DNA of 64,000 nucleotides, taken from NCBI GenBank assembly GCA_964291395.2, contig OZ219858.1, forward strand, positions 1,152,001 to 1,216,000, read 5' to 3'. The translations under genes and the position numbers were made by a program. Of this stretch, positions 20,246 through 29,914 are shown one piece after another. Position 1 is the first letter of the stretch; the number at the start of each line of letters is the position of its first letter. The notes beneath the pieces were generated by a model that worked only from the letters and a program-made list of their open reading frames with translations, searched no databases and was not told the DNA's origin. The stretch is from Alphaproteobacteria bacterium (GTDB taxonomy: Bacteria; Pseudomonadota; Alphaproteobacteria; UBA2966).

Positions 20246-20273
20246 GATTGCAGCGATCGGGTTCAGGCCGAGA

Positions 20274-20552
20274 TCAGGCCGCGCGTTCCGTCGTCGGGTC
20301 GATCATCTTGCGGATTTCGGTCACCTTGGTGGCGGGGAAACCGCTGATCTCGGCGTGCTTGTGGATCAGCTCCTCGCTGTCGGCCAAGTAGACGCAGAAG
20401 GTCTTGTCGCCCGCTACGTAGGATTCGACCCATTGGATTCCTGGGCCGAGTTGACGCAAAACCTCGTTTGACTTCTTCGCGGCCTCCCGCAATTGCTCGC
20501 GTTCGGCGCTTCCGATCTCCGGAATGTCTCGCTCTATAATGTACCTCGGCAT
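20274..20552 (-). CDS. DUF4242 family protein
   Basis: MPRYIIERDIP, IQWVESYV, KTFCVYLA, HAEISGFPA; SD GGAGGAG. Confidence 0.88.
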   Translation of the reverse strand: MPRYIIERDIPEIGSAEREQLREAAKKSNEVLRQLGPGIQWVESYVAGDKTFCVYLADSEELIHKHAEISGFPATKVTEIRKMIDPTTERAA

Positions 20553-20778
20553 TTCGCTCCTCCCTTGATGAGCTTCCATCGTATGGCGCCTCGGCCGCCA
20601 TGTCACGGCTTCGACTCTCCGTGGTTCGGATACGCCGATCCGCGCGTGCGGGCAACGGAAATCGTCACCCGACATTAAAAAATTTTCACATTTTTCAGAA
20701 CGATTTGATAGATATGGAAAATGATTTTTCGATATCCTGAGAATTTAGAAATTCAGTTCTAATAAATGTTGAGGTCCC

Positions 20779-21237
20779 GTGGACGCTATCGACCTGAAGA
20801 TCCTCGCCTGCCTGCAGGAAGACGCGACCCTTCCCCTCGCGGATATCGCCAAGCGTGTCGGGCTCTCATCGACACCCTGCTGGAGAAGGATTCAGAAACT
20901 GGAAGAGGCTGGCGTGATCCGGAAGCGCGTGGCGCTGCTGGATGGCGCCAAATTGAATTGCGGTGTAACCGTATTCGTCTCTGTCCGGACCGACCAGCAC
21001 ACGGCGGCGTGGCTGAAGAAGTTCGCGGGCGCCGTCGCGGACTTTCCGGAAGTGGTCGAGTTCTACCGTATGAGTGGCGAGATCGACTATCTGCTGCGCG
21101 TCGTCGTACCCGACATCGCCGCCTACGATTCGTTCTACCAACGCCTCATCGAAGCGGTCGATCTGTCGGATGTCAGTTCCAGTTTCGCGATGGAGCAGAT
21201 CAAGTACACGACGTCTTTGCCCCTCGACTACGCCTGA
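20779..21237 (+). CDS. Lrp/AsnC family regulator (DecR-like)
   Basis: DLKILACLQED, VGLSSTPCWRRIQKLEE, EFYRMSGEIDYLL; AT-rich upstream region. Confidence 0.92.
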   Translation: MDAIDLKILACLQEDATLPLADIAKRVGLSSTPCWRRIQKLEEAGVIRKRVALLDGAKLNCGVTVFVSVRTDQHTAAWLKKFAGAVADFPEVVEFYRMSGEIDYLLRVVVPDIAAYDSFYQRLIEAVDLSDVSSSFAMEQIKYTTSLPLDYA

Positions 21238-21343
21238 GGCCGGCTTTGCCGCCCAAGCATCGACGGCCGGATTACCCTCCGGCATGCCGATACGGATCAG
21301 GTACGACCCCGCGGACCCGACCTTTCCCGGCGCAAGCCGATCC

Positions 21344-22837
21344 CTATCTCATCACCGGCATGACGTACTCGGCACCTTTGCGGATGCCCGTGGGCCAGCG
21401 CGAGGTGATGGTTTTCAGCTTGGTGTAAAACGACACGCCCTCGGGGCCGTGCATGTGCAGATCACCGAACAGGGAACGCTTCCACCCCCCGAAGCTATGG
21501 AAGGCGAGCGGCACAGGGATCGGGACGTTGACGCCGACCATGCCGATCCTGCAGTCGTTGCTGAACGTCCTCGCCGCATCTCCGTCCCGGGTGAAAATGG
21601 CGGCGCCGTTTCCGTATTCGTGCTCGTTGACGATCCTGAGCGCCGAATCGAAGTCCGGCATACGGACCACCGACAGCACGGGACCGAAGATTTCCTCCTG
21701 ATAAATGCGCATTTCCGGTGTCACGTTGTCGAATATGCTCGGTCCCATGAAGTGACCGTTCTCGTAGCCTTGCAGCGTGAAGCCGCGCCCGTCGACCACG
21801 AGGTCGGCCCCTTCCCCGACCCCCAGATCGATGTATCCCCGTACACGTTCCAGGTGCTGAGCGGTAACCAGGGGGCCCATCTCCGACTCGCTGTCCGTTC
21901 CGGGGCCCACCTTCAGGGATTGGGCGCGCGGGACGAGACGTTCCATGAGGGAATCGCCGGCATCGCCGACCGCCACGGCGACCGAAATGGCCATGCACCG
22001 TTCGCCCGCCGACCCGAACGCGGCACCCATGAGCGCGTCCGTGGCCTGATCCATGTCCGCGTCGGGCATGACCACCATGTGGTTCTTCGCCCCGCCCAGC
22101 GCCTGCACCCTTTTCCCCGAGGCCGTACCGGTTCGGTAGACGTATTCCGCAATGGGCGTGGAGCCGACAAAGCTCACCGCCGAGATGCCCGGATGGCCGA
22201 GAATGGCGTCGACGGCCTCCTTGTCTCCATGGATGACGTTGAACACCCCCGGCGGCAGTCCAGCCTCCGCAAGCAGCCCGGCCATGAAATTCGCGGCCGA
22301 CGGATCGCGCTCCGAAGGCTTCAGAACGAACGTGTTGCCGCAGGCGATGGAGACGGGGAACATCCACATGGGCACCATCGCGGGGAAATTGAACGGCGTG
22401 ATGCCGGCGCATACCCCCAGGGGCTGGCGCATGGAATACATATCGACGCCCGTCGCCACGTTGTCGGAGAACGCGCCCTTCAGCAGATGGGGAATGCCGC
22501 AGGCGAACTCGACGACCTCGAGCCCCCGGGTAATCGAACCCACGGCATCGGAGTGCACCTTGCCGTGCTCGGCGGTGATGATGCTTGCCAGGGCGTCCAT
22601 GTTGTCGTCCAGGAGGGCCTTGAACTTGAACATGATGCGGGCCCGTCGGAGCGAAGAGGTGGCGGACCATTCCGGAAAGGCTTCCGACGCGGCGGAAACC
22701 GCCGCGTCGACGTCCGCCGCCGTGGCCAAGGGCACGCTGGCCGAAAGTTCACCGGTCGCCGGATTGTCGACCTCGGCAAAGCGGTCGGCCGTCCCCTCCA
22801 CGAATTTCCCGCCCACGTAATGGCGCAATGTCTCCAT
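21344..22837 (-). CDS. mmsA: CoA-acylating (methyl)malonate-semialdehyde dehydrogenase
   Basis: [50 protein letters not shown]. Confidence 0.95.
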   Translation of the reverse strand: METLRHYVGGKFVEGTADRFAEVDNPATGELSASVPLATAADVDAAVSAASEAFPEWSATSSLRRARIMFKFKALLDDNMDALASIITAEHGKVHSDAVGSITRGLEVVEFACGIPHLLKGAFSDNVATGVDMYSMRQPLGVCAGITPFNFPAMVPMWMFPVSIACGNTFVLKPSERDPSAANFMAGLLAEAGLPPGVFNVIHGDKEAVDAILGHPGISAVSFVGSTPIAEYVYRTGTASGKRVQALGGAKNHMVVMPDADMDQATDALMGAAFGSAGERCMAISVAVAVGDAGDSLMERLVPRAQSLKVGPGTDSESEMGPLVTAQHLERVRGYIDLGVGEGADLVVDGRGFTLQGYENGHFMGPSIFDNVTPEMRIYQEEIFGPVLSVVRMPDFDSALRIVNEHEYGNGAAIFTRDGDAARTFSNDCRIGMVGVNVPIPVPLAFHSFGGWKRSLFGDLHMHGPEGVSFYTKLKTITSRWPTGIRKGAEYVMPVMR

Positions 22838-22872
22838 GTCTCGGCTTCCTCCCTGAAGTCTGTCCCGAATTG

Positions 22873-23991
22873 TCAGGCCGCCAACGCGTCGAGCGGCGGA
22901 ACATATTGCTCACCGGTATCACGCGCCACGGCCTCGTACGTTACCTGTCCCCGGAAGATATTGAGTCCATTGCGGAGGTGGGCGTCATCTTCCATCGCGG
23001 CCTTCACACCCTTGTCCGCCAAAGACACGACGAAGGGCAACGTGGCGTTGTTGAGGGCGAACGTGGAGGTCCGGGCCACGGCGCCGGGCATGTTGGTCAC
23101 ACAGTAGTGCACCACCTCGTGTTCAACATAGGTGGGATCCGCGTGCGTGGTCGGACGGCTCGTCTCCATGCAGCCCCCCTGATCGATTGCCACATCGACG
23201 ACTACGGAGCCGCGTTTCATCTTCCGAACCATGTCTTCCGTTACCAGTCTTGGCGCGGCGGCACCGGGAACCAGGACCGCGCCGACGACGAGGTCGGCCG
23301 CGGTCACGTGTTCTTCGATCGCGTCACGGGTGGAGTAGATGGTGTTGAGGGTCGGCCCGAATCGAAGGTCGAGGTCGTACAGCCGGGAGAGCGAGATATC
23401 GATGACGGTTACACCGGCCTCCAACCCCATGGCCATGCGGGCCGCATTGGTTCCGACGATGCCCCCGCCCAGCACGACGACCCGGCCCACGGGAACACCC
23501 GGAACGCCACTCAGAAGGGTGCCCCGCCCGCCCTGCTTCAGCTCGAGACAGTGGGCACCGGCCTGAATGGCCATGCGCCCGGCGACCTCGCTCATCGGAG
23601 CGAGCAGCGGCAAGCCGCCACGATCATCGGTGACGGTCTCGTAGGCGACGGCGATGCAACCCGTGTCCTTGAGACGGCGTGTCAATTCAGGGTCGGGAGC
23701 CAGATGGAGATAGGTGAACAGCACCTGGTTCTCCCGCAACATGGACACTTCAGGCGCCAGTGGTTCCTTGACCTTTACGACGATGTCGGCACGAGCGAAT
23801 ACCTCCTCCGCGCTGTCCAGGACAGTGGCGCCGGCGGACTCGTAAGCGCCGTCCTCGAGGCCAATCTCCTTTCCGCAACCCTTCTGGATGACGACCTCGT
23901 GCCCATGGAGCACCAGTTCCCGCGCGGAGGCCGGGGTCATCCCGACCCGGTATTCATGCGTCTTGGTCTCTTTTGGAATACCGATTCGCAC
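22873..23991 (-). CDS. ald: Alanine dehydrogenase
   Basis: [41 protein letters not shown]. Confidence 0.96.
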   Translation of the reverse strand: MRIGIPKETKTHEYRVGMTPASARELVLHGHEVVIQKGCGKEIGLEDGAYESAGATVLDSAEEVFARADIVVKVKEPLAPEVSMLRENQVLFTYLHLAPDPELTRRLKDTGCIAVAYETVTDDRGGLPLLAPMSEVAGRMAIQAGAHCLELKQGGRGTLLSGVPGVPVGRVVVLGGGIVGTNAARMAMGLEAGVTVIDISLSRLYDLDLRFGPTLNTIYSTRDAIEEHVTAADLVVGAVLVPGAAAPRLVTEDMVRKMKRGSVVVDVAIDQGGCMETSRPTTHADPTYVEHEVVHYCVTNMPGAVARTSTFALNNATLPFVVSLADKGVKAAMEDDAHLRNGLNIFRGQVTYEAVARDTGEQYVPPLDALAA

Positions 23992-24442
23992 TTCGTCCCT
24001 CCGGTCTCCGGCGCAGCCCTAAATTCCCTGCCGCGACGAACCCGATCCGATCCTTCAATCGCGCTCCCCACGGTATCGACGATCCCGCTGGTCGTGACTT
24101 GCGTGATACTCGCTGGCCGGCGTCGGGCTCTATCGACCCGGCTACCGTAGCCAATTGGCTTCCCGATTGTATAGTGACTCGCTCGCCGAAAGACGGTCGC
24201 AAGTCATTCCGGTTTCATCAAAGATATCAACGAGATAGTTTCCAGAGACGCGTCAGGCTCACGATCGTCGGGACGGCTTCCGAGGGAGGCGCGGCCGACA
24301 ACGCGGCGCTCGACCTTTCGCGGGCCTCGGCGGAGCGTGTCGATGAGTGCCCCGATGACACCGTGCATTCGCGTTTGCTAGGATTCTCTCGGGTATTGGG
24401 AGGGGCACGAAATCCGGCACCAACAACCCGAAGGGGCGGATC

Positions 24443-25834
24443 ATGACCGTTCATGATATTCCCGAGGCACGCCAGAGATCGTACGACATCAAAGCGCCCT
24501 ACTCCGGTTACTGCCTCGGCAAGCTGCCCTCCGAGGATGCCGAGATTACTCATGTCGGGCCCGATACGCCCTGCGGCGAGTACATGCGGCGTTTCTGGCA
24601 GCCGGTCTGCCTCTCCAAGGAGCTCGGCCAATACCCGTTGGTCATCCGCATCATGGGCGAAGACCTCGTCGCCTTCCGCGACAAGTCCGGCAGGGTCGGC
24701 GTCCTGCACCGCCACTGCACCCATCGTGGCACCTCGCTCGAATACGGATTGATCTCAAAGCACGGGATCCGCTGCTGTTATCACGGCTGGCAGTTCGACG
24801 TCGACGGCACCATCCTCGACACGCCCGGAGAGCCCAGTGGCTCCCGCATCCATCTAAGCCTCAAGCAGGGTGCCTACCCGGCCCATGAGCATTGGGGTCT
24901 GGTCTTTGCCTACATGGGGCCGCCCGAGGAGAAACCCGACTTCCCGGGGTTCGAGGATTACGGCACGCCCGAGGAAGGGATAGTCCCCTACTCCACCTGG
25001 CATCCCTGCAACTGGCTGCAATGCCACGACAATTTCATGGATCCGGTGCACGCGGTGTTCCTGCACAGCCGCATGACGGGCGATCAGCTCACGCCCGCTT
25101 GGGGCAGGATGCCCGTGGTCGAGTGGTACGAGACTGGCGGTGGCAACGGCATCATCTACGTCGCCACCCGGCGCATGGACGACCAATACGTGTGGAACCG
25201 CATCAACCACGTGATCCTGCCCAACTATTGCGAGGTCGGCACCGCCTTCGAGGAAGGTGACGAGCAGAAATACTTCCAGCGCAACACATGGAACCGTTGG
25301 CTGGTGCCCGTCGACGACACCCATAGCTGGACCTTCGGCTGGCGTCATTTCCGGCCCGGCGTCGACGATGGCAAGGGAGACCCCGAGGCTTGCGGCCGTG
25401 ACAGTATCGACATCGGTGCCCACCAGCATCACGGCGGACGCACCTACGAGGAACGGCAGCGCGCTCCCGGCGACTGGGACGCCCAAACCGGTCAGCGGCC
25501 CATTGCCATCCACGCCCTGGAGCATCCCGGCTGGACCGATACCGGAGTCATGATGTGGCGGCGCCTCTTGCGTCGGGGCATCCGCGGAGAGACGCCCTCG
25601 GCGACACCGGAAGGCATCTACGGCCCTCCGGGACGGAAGGTCGGATCACTGGCTCACGACTGCATCTTCAAGATGCCGCTTCGCCATGGTGTCGACGACA
25701 ACGAGGCCATGCGTGACATGGGCCGCCGGGTAACCGACATCGTCATGGCCGCCGAGGACCTGCCTCACGACGAGCAGCAGGCCATGGTCATCCCACGGCT
25801 CGAGGAACTCCAGCGCCAGATTTTCAGGGAGTAG
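24443..25834 (+). CDS. Rieske non-heme iron oxygenase alpha subunit
   Basis: CTHRG...CCYHGW Rieske motifs; DNFMDPVHAVFLH mononuclear Fe motif. Confidence 0.92.
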   Translation: MTVHDIPEARQRSYDIKAPYSGYCLGKLPSEDAEITHVGPDTPCGEYMRRFWQPVCLSKELGQYPLVIRIMGEDLVAFRDKSGRVGVLHRHCTHRGTSLEYGLISKHGIRCCYHGWQFDVDGTILDTPGEPSGSRIHLSLKQGAYPAHEHWGLVFAYMGPPEEKPDFPGFEDYGTPEEGIVPYSTWHPCNWLQCHDNFMDPVHAVFLHSRMTGDQLTPAWGRMPVVEWYETGGGNGIIYVATRRMDDQYVWNRINHVILPNYCEVGTAFEEGDEQKYFQRNTWNRWLVPVDDTHSWTFGWRHFRPGVDDGKGDPEACGRDSIDIGAHQHHGGRTYEERQRAPGDWDAQTGQRPIAIHALEHPGWTDTGVMMWRRLLRRGIRGETPSATPEGIYGPPGRKVGSLAHDCIFKMPLRHGVDDNEAMRDMGRRVTDIVMAAEDLPHDEQQAMVIPRLEELQRQIFRE

Positions 25835-25888
25835 CTTGCCCCATACCCGCTCGCGCACGCTCCGCCGTCGATCATGCGTGGCACATCG

Positions 25889-25918
25889 AAAAAAGCCCCG
25901 CGGCGATGCGCGGGGCTT
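25889..25918 (-). terminator. Rho-independent terminator
   Basis: AAGCCCCGCG-N6-CGCGGGGCTT hairpin with a T-tract on the minus strand, between convergent genes. Confidence 0.75.
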
Positions 25919-26009
25919 ACGTCTCTAACCAATTCGCTATGGGAAAAGCGCCATCGAACCGATGTATTCCCGTCCCCGGAAATTCGGTTCACTCAATTGT
26001 CGATTCAGA

Positions 26010-26201
26010 TCACTTGGCTGGAACTTGCGGCATGAAGCCGAATTCCGTTGCCGCCCAACTGATCACGGCGAGTATGCCCAGGATGACCACGAGCCATATC
26101 ACGGACGACTTCAAGGACGTCATGATGCTGTGTTTTCCTGAACTTTCGCCGTCAGGCACACCTCGGATATTGGTGTCCGCCTCTTCGTTCGGCACCGACA
26201 T
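26010..26201 (-). CDS. Small single-TM hypothetical protein (63 aa)
   Basis: SD AAGGAG upstream, hydrophobic C-terminal helix, terminator downstream. Confidence 0.6.
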   Translation of the reverse strand: MSVPNEEADTNIRGVPDGESSGKHSIMTSLKSSVIWLVVILGILAVISWAATEFGFMPQVPAK

Positions 26202-26452
26202 GGAAGTACTCCTTTCCAGAAAGAAAGGCCCGACGGTTCCTCACGCAAGGTTGCTGACGCCAGCAGAGTGAGGGTCCGTCGGGCCGATTTCAGCGTAGAC
26301 CCGTTCTGCCGGCTTGGCCATCTGAAAGACGCCGTGGCGAGACCTGAATTCCCGGGTGTTCGCGCCGGAGAAGCGGGCGAGACAAGCGAGTCACTCGATT
26401 TCCGCGCGCGGCACTCGACAATGGCGAGCGGGCGCTATACGGAAGGAGCCCG

Positions 26453-27355
26453 ATGGAAACAGCGCACCGCACGCCGGAAGAGAGATTCGCGCACCTGCCG
26501 GGCTATCCTTACGCGCCCAACTACGTCGACAGACTCCCGGGATACGAAGGCCTTCGCGCCCACTATGTCGACGAGGGTCCGTCGGACGCGCGACACGTTT
26601 TTCTGTGTCTGCACGGCGAACCGACCTGGGCCTACCTTTACCGCCGGATGATCCCCGAGTTTCTCACATCGGGAGGGAGGGTGATCGCGCCGGACTACTT
26701 AGGCTTCGGGCGCTCGGACAAGCCGGCCGATGAAGGTGTCTACACGTTCGAATTCCACCGCCGGTTTCTGATCGCGTTCATCGAATATCTGGATCTGCGG
26801 GGCCTTACGCTCGTCTGCCAGGACTGGGGCGGGTTGCTGGGGTTGACACTGCCCATGGAACTTCCGGATCGATTCGACCGCCTCATCGTGATGAACACGA
26901 TGCTGGGAACCGGCGACGGCCCCCTGAGCGAGGGATTCCTCGGTTGGCGGCAGTGGGTTCGGGACAACCCGGACCTGGCGGTCGGCCGCCTGCTCAAGCG
27001 TGCCTGTCCGCACCTGACCGATGACGAAGCGGCCGCCTATGAGGCGCCTTTCCCCGACTCGCGATACATGGCGGGGGTTCGACGGTTTCCGGAGCTGGTC
27101 CCCGACAGACCTGATGCCGAGGGCGCCGCCGTCTCGCGCCGCGCCCGCGGCTGGTGGCAAGAGGAATGGCGGGGCCAGTCGTTCATGGCCATCGGAATGT
27201 CGGATCCGGTCCTGGGAGGCCAGGTCATGCTCGGACTGCACCGCCACATCCGGAATTGCCCTCCGCCCTACGAGATGAGCGACGGCGGCCACTTCCTGCA
27301 GGAGTGGGGGGATGTCGTGGCCCGCGAGGCATTGGCGCAATTCGCGCGCGGGTGA
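26453..27355 (+). CDS. Haloalkane dehalogenase (DhlA-like)
   Basis: HGEPTW, GFGRSDKP, QDWGG (Asp nucleophile plus halide-binding Trp), DPVLG, GHFLQE. Confidence 0.9.
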   Translation: METAHRTPEERFAHLPGYPYAPNYVDRLPGYEGLRAHYVDEGPSDARHVFLCLHGEPTWAYLYRRMIPEFLTSGGRVIAPDYLGFGRSDKPADEGVYTFEFHRRFLIAFIEYLDLRGLTLVCQDWGGLLGLTLPMELPDRFDRLIVMNTMLGTGDGPLSEGFLGWRQWVRDNPDLAVGRLLKRACPHLTDDEAAAYEAPFPDSRYMAGVRRFPELVPDRPDAEGAAVSRRARGWWQEEWRGQSFMAIGMSDPVLGGQVMLGLHRHIRNCPPPYEMSDGGHFLQEWGDVVAREALAQFARG

Positions 27356-27384
27356 CGTCCGCATCGAGCCAAACAACGTCTCTC

Positions 27385-28332
27385 GTGAGTCAAGGTACCT
27401 CCAACCACTCAGCGCCGGACCCGGGCGGCGACCACGTGCTGCGCGGCATCGTGTTCATGCTGCTCGCGGTCACGCTGTTCTCCTGCCTCAACGCGTCCGT
27501 GAAATTCCTGTCGGACGACTATTCGACCACGCAGATCCTGTGGCTGCGGTACACGGGTCACATCATTTATGTCTTCATACTCTTGGCGCCTCGCCGTGCC
27601 CTGGGTGCAGTGCGGTCGAACCGGCCCGGCCTCCAACTCTCGCGCTCCGTTCTCATGATCGGCGCCACGGTCAGTTACTACATCGCGCTGCGGTACGTGG
27701 CGTTGCCGACGGCCGCATCCATCAACTTCACGTCGCCTCTGATGGTGGCTCTCCTCGCGATCCCGCTTCTGGGCGAGCGTGTGGGACCGCGTCGGTGGCT
27801 CGCCGTATTGACGGGGTTCGTCGGCGCTCTCGTCATTGTCCGGCCGGGCTCCGATGTCATACACCCGGCGGCGTTGCTGGTGTTCGGGACGGCATTCTGT
27901 TACGGGCTCTATCAGGTTCTGACGCGGAAGGTCGCGCCGTACGATTCGTCGGAGACCAGCATCATCTATACGGCGCTGCTCGGGTTCGTCGTAACCAGCA
28001 TCGTCGTGCCCTTCGACTTCGAGCCGCCGCGCGACTGGGTGGATCTTCTCGCGTTCTTCGCTCCCGGGTTCTTCGGCGGACTCGGCCATTTCTGCCTCGT
28101 CAAAGCCTATGAAAACGGTCCGGCTTCCGTGATCTCGCCATACAACTACACGCAACTCGTCGGGTCGGTCACCCTGAGCGTCGTCGTCTTCAACGAATTT
28201 CCCGACTTCTGGACCTGGGTGGGGTGCGGCATCATCATCGCCAGCGGTCTTTATCTCATGCATAGAGAAAGCCTGGCACAACGGTCACGGGACGCGGCGA
28301 CGGCAAAGACCCGAGCGGACGGCAATCGATGA
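27385..28332 (+). CDS. DMT/EamA family transporter
   Basis: About 10 hydrophobic segments, LLGERVGPRRW, IVRPG, ASVISPYNY; start uncertain (GTG 27385 or 27436). Confidence 0.88.
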   Translation: MSQGTSNHSAPDPGGDHVLRGIVFMLLAVTLFSCLNASVKFLSDDYSTTQILWLRYTGHIIYVFILLAPRRALGAVRSNRPGLQLSRSVLMIGATVSYYIALRYVALPTAASINFTSPLMVALLAIPLLGERVGPRRWLAVLTGFVGALVIVRPGSDVIHPAALLVFGTAFCYGLYQVLTRKVAPYDSSETSIIYTALLGFVVTSIVVPFDFEPPRDWVDLLAFFAPGFFGGLGHFCLVKAYENGPASVISPYNYTQLVGSVTLSVVVFNEFPDFWTWVGCGIIIASGLYLMHRESLAQRSRDAATAKTRADGNR

Positions 28333-28742
28333 GCGTGGACATACCCGACGGGTACGAACCGGAGCCCGGAGACAACGCCTTCGCCACGCTGGTGGGACCC
28401 ATCTTCCAGAAGACGGACGAACACGGGGTGCGGTTTCTGTTCAACGCCGGGGAAAAGCATCGAAATCCGCGAGGCGTCGTTCATGGGGGCATGCTCGTGA
28501 CGTTCATGGACAACCTGCTGGCCCACACGATCGTCCACGTGATCGGCGATGTCAGGAAGGCGACGATGAGCCTCTCCTGCGATTTCGTCGGTCCGGCCTA
28601 TCCGGGCCAGCGGATGGAAGGTTGGGGTGAGGTGACCCGCGCAACGCGGAGCGTGGTCTTCGCACGAGGCTCGATTACGGCCGACGGGGCGACGGTCGTC
28701 ACCGGCTCCGGAGTCTGGAAACTGCTCGGCAATGCCGGATGA
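28329..28742 (+). CDS. PaaI-family hotdog thioesterase
   Basis: HRNPRGVVHGGMLVTFMD motif. Confidence 0.88.
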   Translation: MSVDIPDGYEPEPGDNAFATLVGPIFQKTDEHGVRFLFNAGEKHRNPRGVVHGGMLVTFMDNLLAHTIVHVIGDVRKATMSLSCDFVGPAYPGQRMEGWGEVTRATRSVVFARGSITADGATVVTGSGVWKLLGNAG

Positions 28743-28787
28743 ATCCGGAATTTTCGGAATGGGCTCGAAGGAGTCTCAGAAAAAAAT

Positions 28788-28800
28788 TGAACGTTGTTCA
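28788..28800. promoter_or_regulatory. Palindromic operator candidate TGAAC-N3-GTTCA
   Basis: TGAACGTTGTTCA in an AT-rich context; related TGAACATCGATCA at about 29071-29083 just upstream of the TetR gene. Confidence 0.4.
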
Positions 28801-29147
28801 TTAAAACGGAATGGAATTCATATTCCAAGGCCGTGTGATGATCTCGATCGGGACCGCCGGTCCACCATCCATGAAAAACGTGGCGTCTTCACTCGGTGCG
28901 CTGTCGAGTTCGAAGCCGGCCTTGCGCGACCCCCAAGCTCACGAAATAATTGAGTCGCCTGTATTTTGAGCATGACACTCCTGTAGTACACAATATAGTG
29001 TGCTTCGCCACGCGGATTTCGATGCCGGGTCGGCGAGGGAACCATATTGACGTAGTGGCGGTCAGTATATTGAACATCGATCAGAAATTTTCCTGATCGT
29101 GTCATCGACCCGGTGAACCCATCCGCCGTCCGGCCGCCACACCAACG

Positions 29148-29813
29148 GTGACCCTGATGTCAGAAACCCGGACCGACTCTCCAGCCGCAGCCCGCCGACA
29201 ATCCGTTCGGGCGTTCAAGAAATCCGCAATCCTCGACGCCGCTCAGCGCACCTTGGACCGCGACGGCATCGAAGGTGCGACCATGCGGGCCATCGCCAAG
29301 GAAGCGGGCTATACGCCGGGCGCTCTTTACGCCTACTACCCGAACAAGGACGACGTTCTCGCCGGCCTCTTGTGCCGGTCGCTCGGCCGGGTCTCGCGGA
29401 CCATCCGGCACGCCTTGGAGAAACGCGGCCGAGGTCCTGCGGATCCGGTCGAACTGGCGTCCTTGCTCAGTGCCCACTACCGGCGGGAGACGGGAGAATT
29501 CGACCTGCTTCTCACGGTTCTTCAGTCCCGGCGGATCAACCGCCTGTCGCCCGGCATGGCCCGCGCTTTGAACGGCAGACTGATCGCCGCCCTTTCGCCC
29601 ATTGCCGAAGCGCTGGAGGCCGCGGGCCGGTGGAAGGCACGGCCCGCCGGCGAGGCGACAACTCAGGCGGCGGGCCTGGCGTTGGGCATCTTGCTGTTGG
29701 AAAACTCGAGGCGCCTTTCCGCCCTGGGGATGGATGGCGTTTCCCTGACCGCCGCCGGTTTCGCCACGTTGCTTTCTCGGGAATCGCCGCGATCGGCGAC
29801 GTCGGAGCCGTGA
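29148..29813 (+). CDS. TetR/AcrR family regulator
   Basis: ILDAA, ATMRAIAKEAGYTPGALYAYYPNKDD HTH. Confidence 0.9.
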   Translation: MTLMSETRTDSPAAARRQSVRAFKKSAILDAAQRTLDRDGIEGATMRAIAKEAGYTPGALYAYYPNKDDVLAGLLCRSLGRVSRTIRHALEKRGRGPADPVELASLLSAHYRRETGEFDLLLTVLQSRRINRLSPGMARALNGRLIAALSPIAEALEAAGRWKARPAGEATTQAAGLALGILLLENSRRLSALGMDGVSLTAAGFATLLSRESPRSATSEP

Positions 29814-29914
29814 AATAGCCCACTGATGCCGGTCCGGTACGCTGCGCCGCCCCATATCGGACACGGTGGGGAGAGGAATGCATGAGACGATCGTGGACGG
29901 CCTTTGTTCCACGC

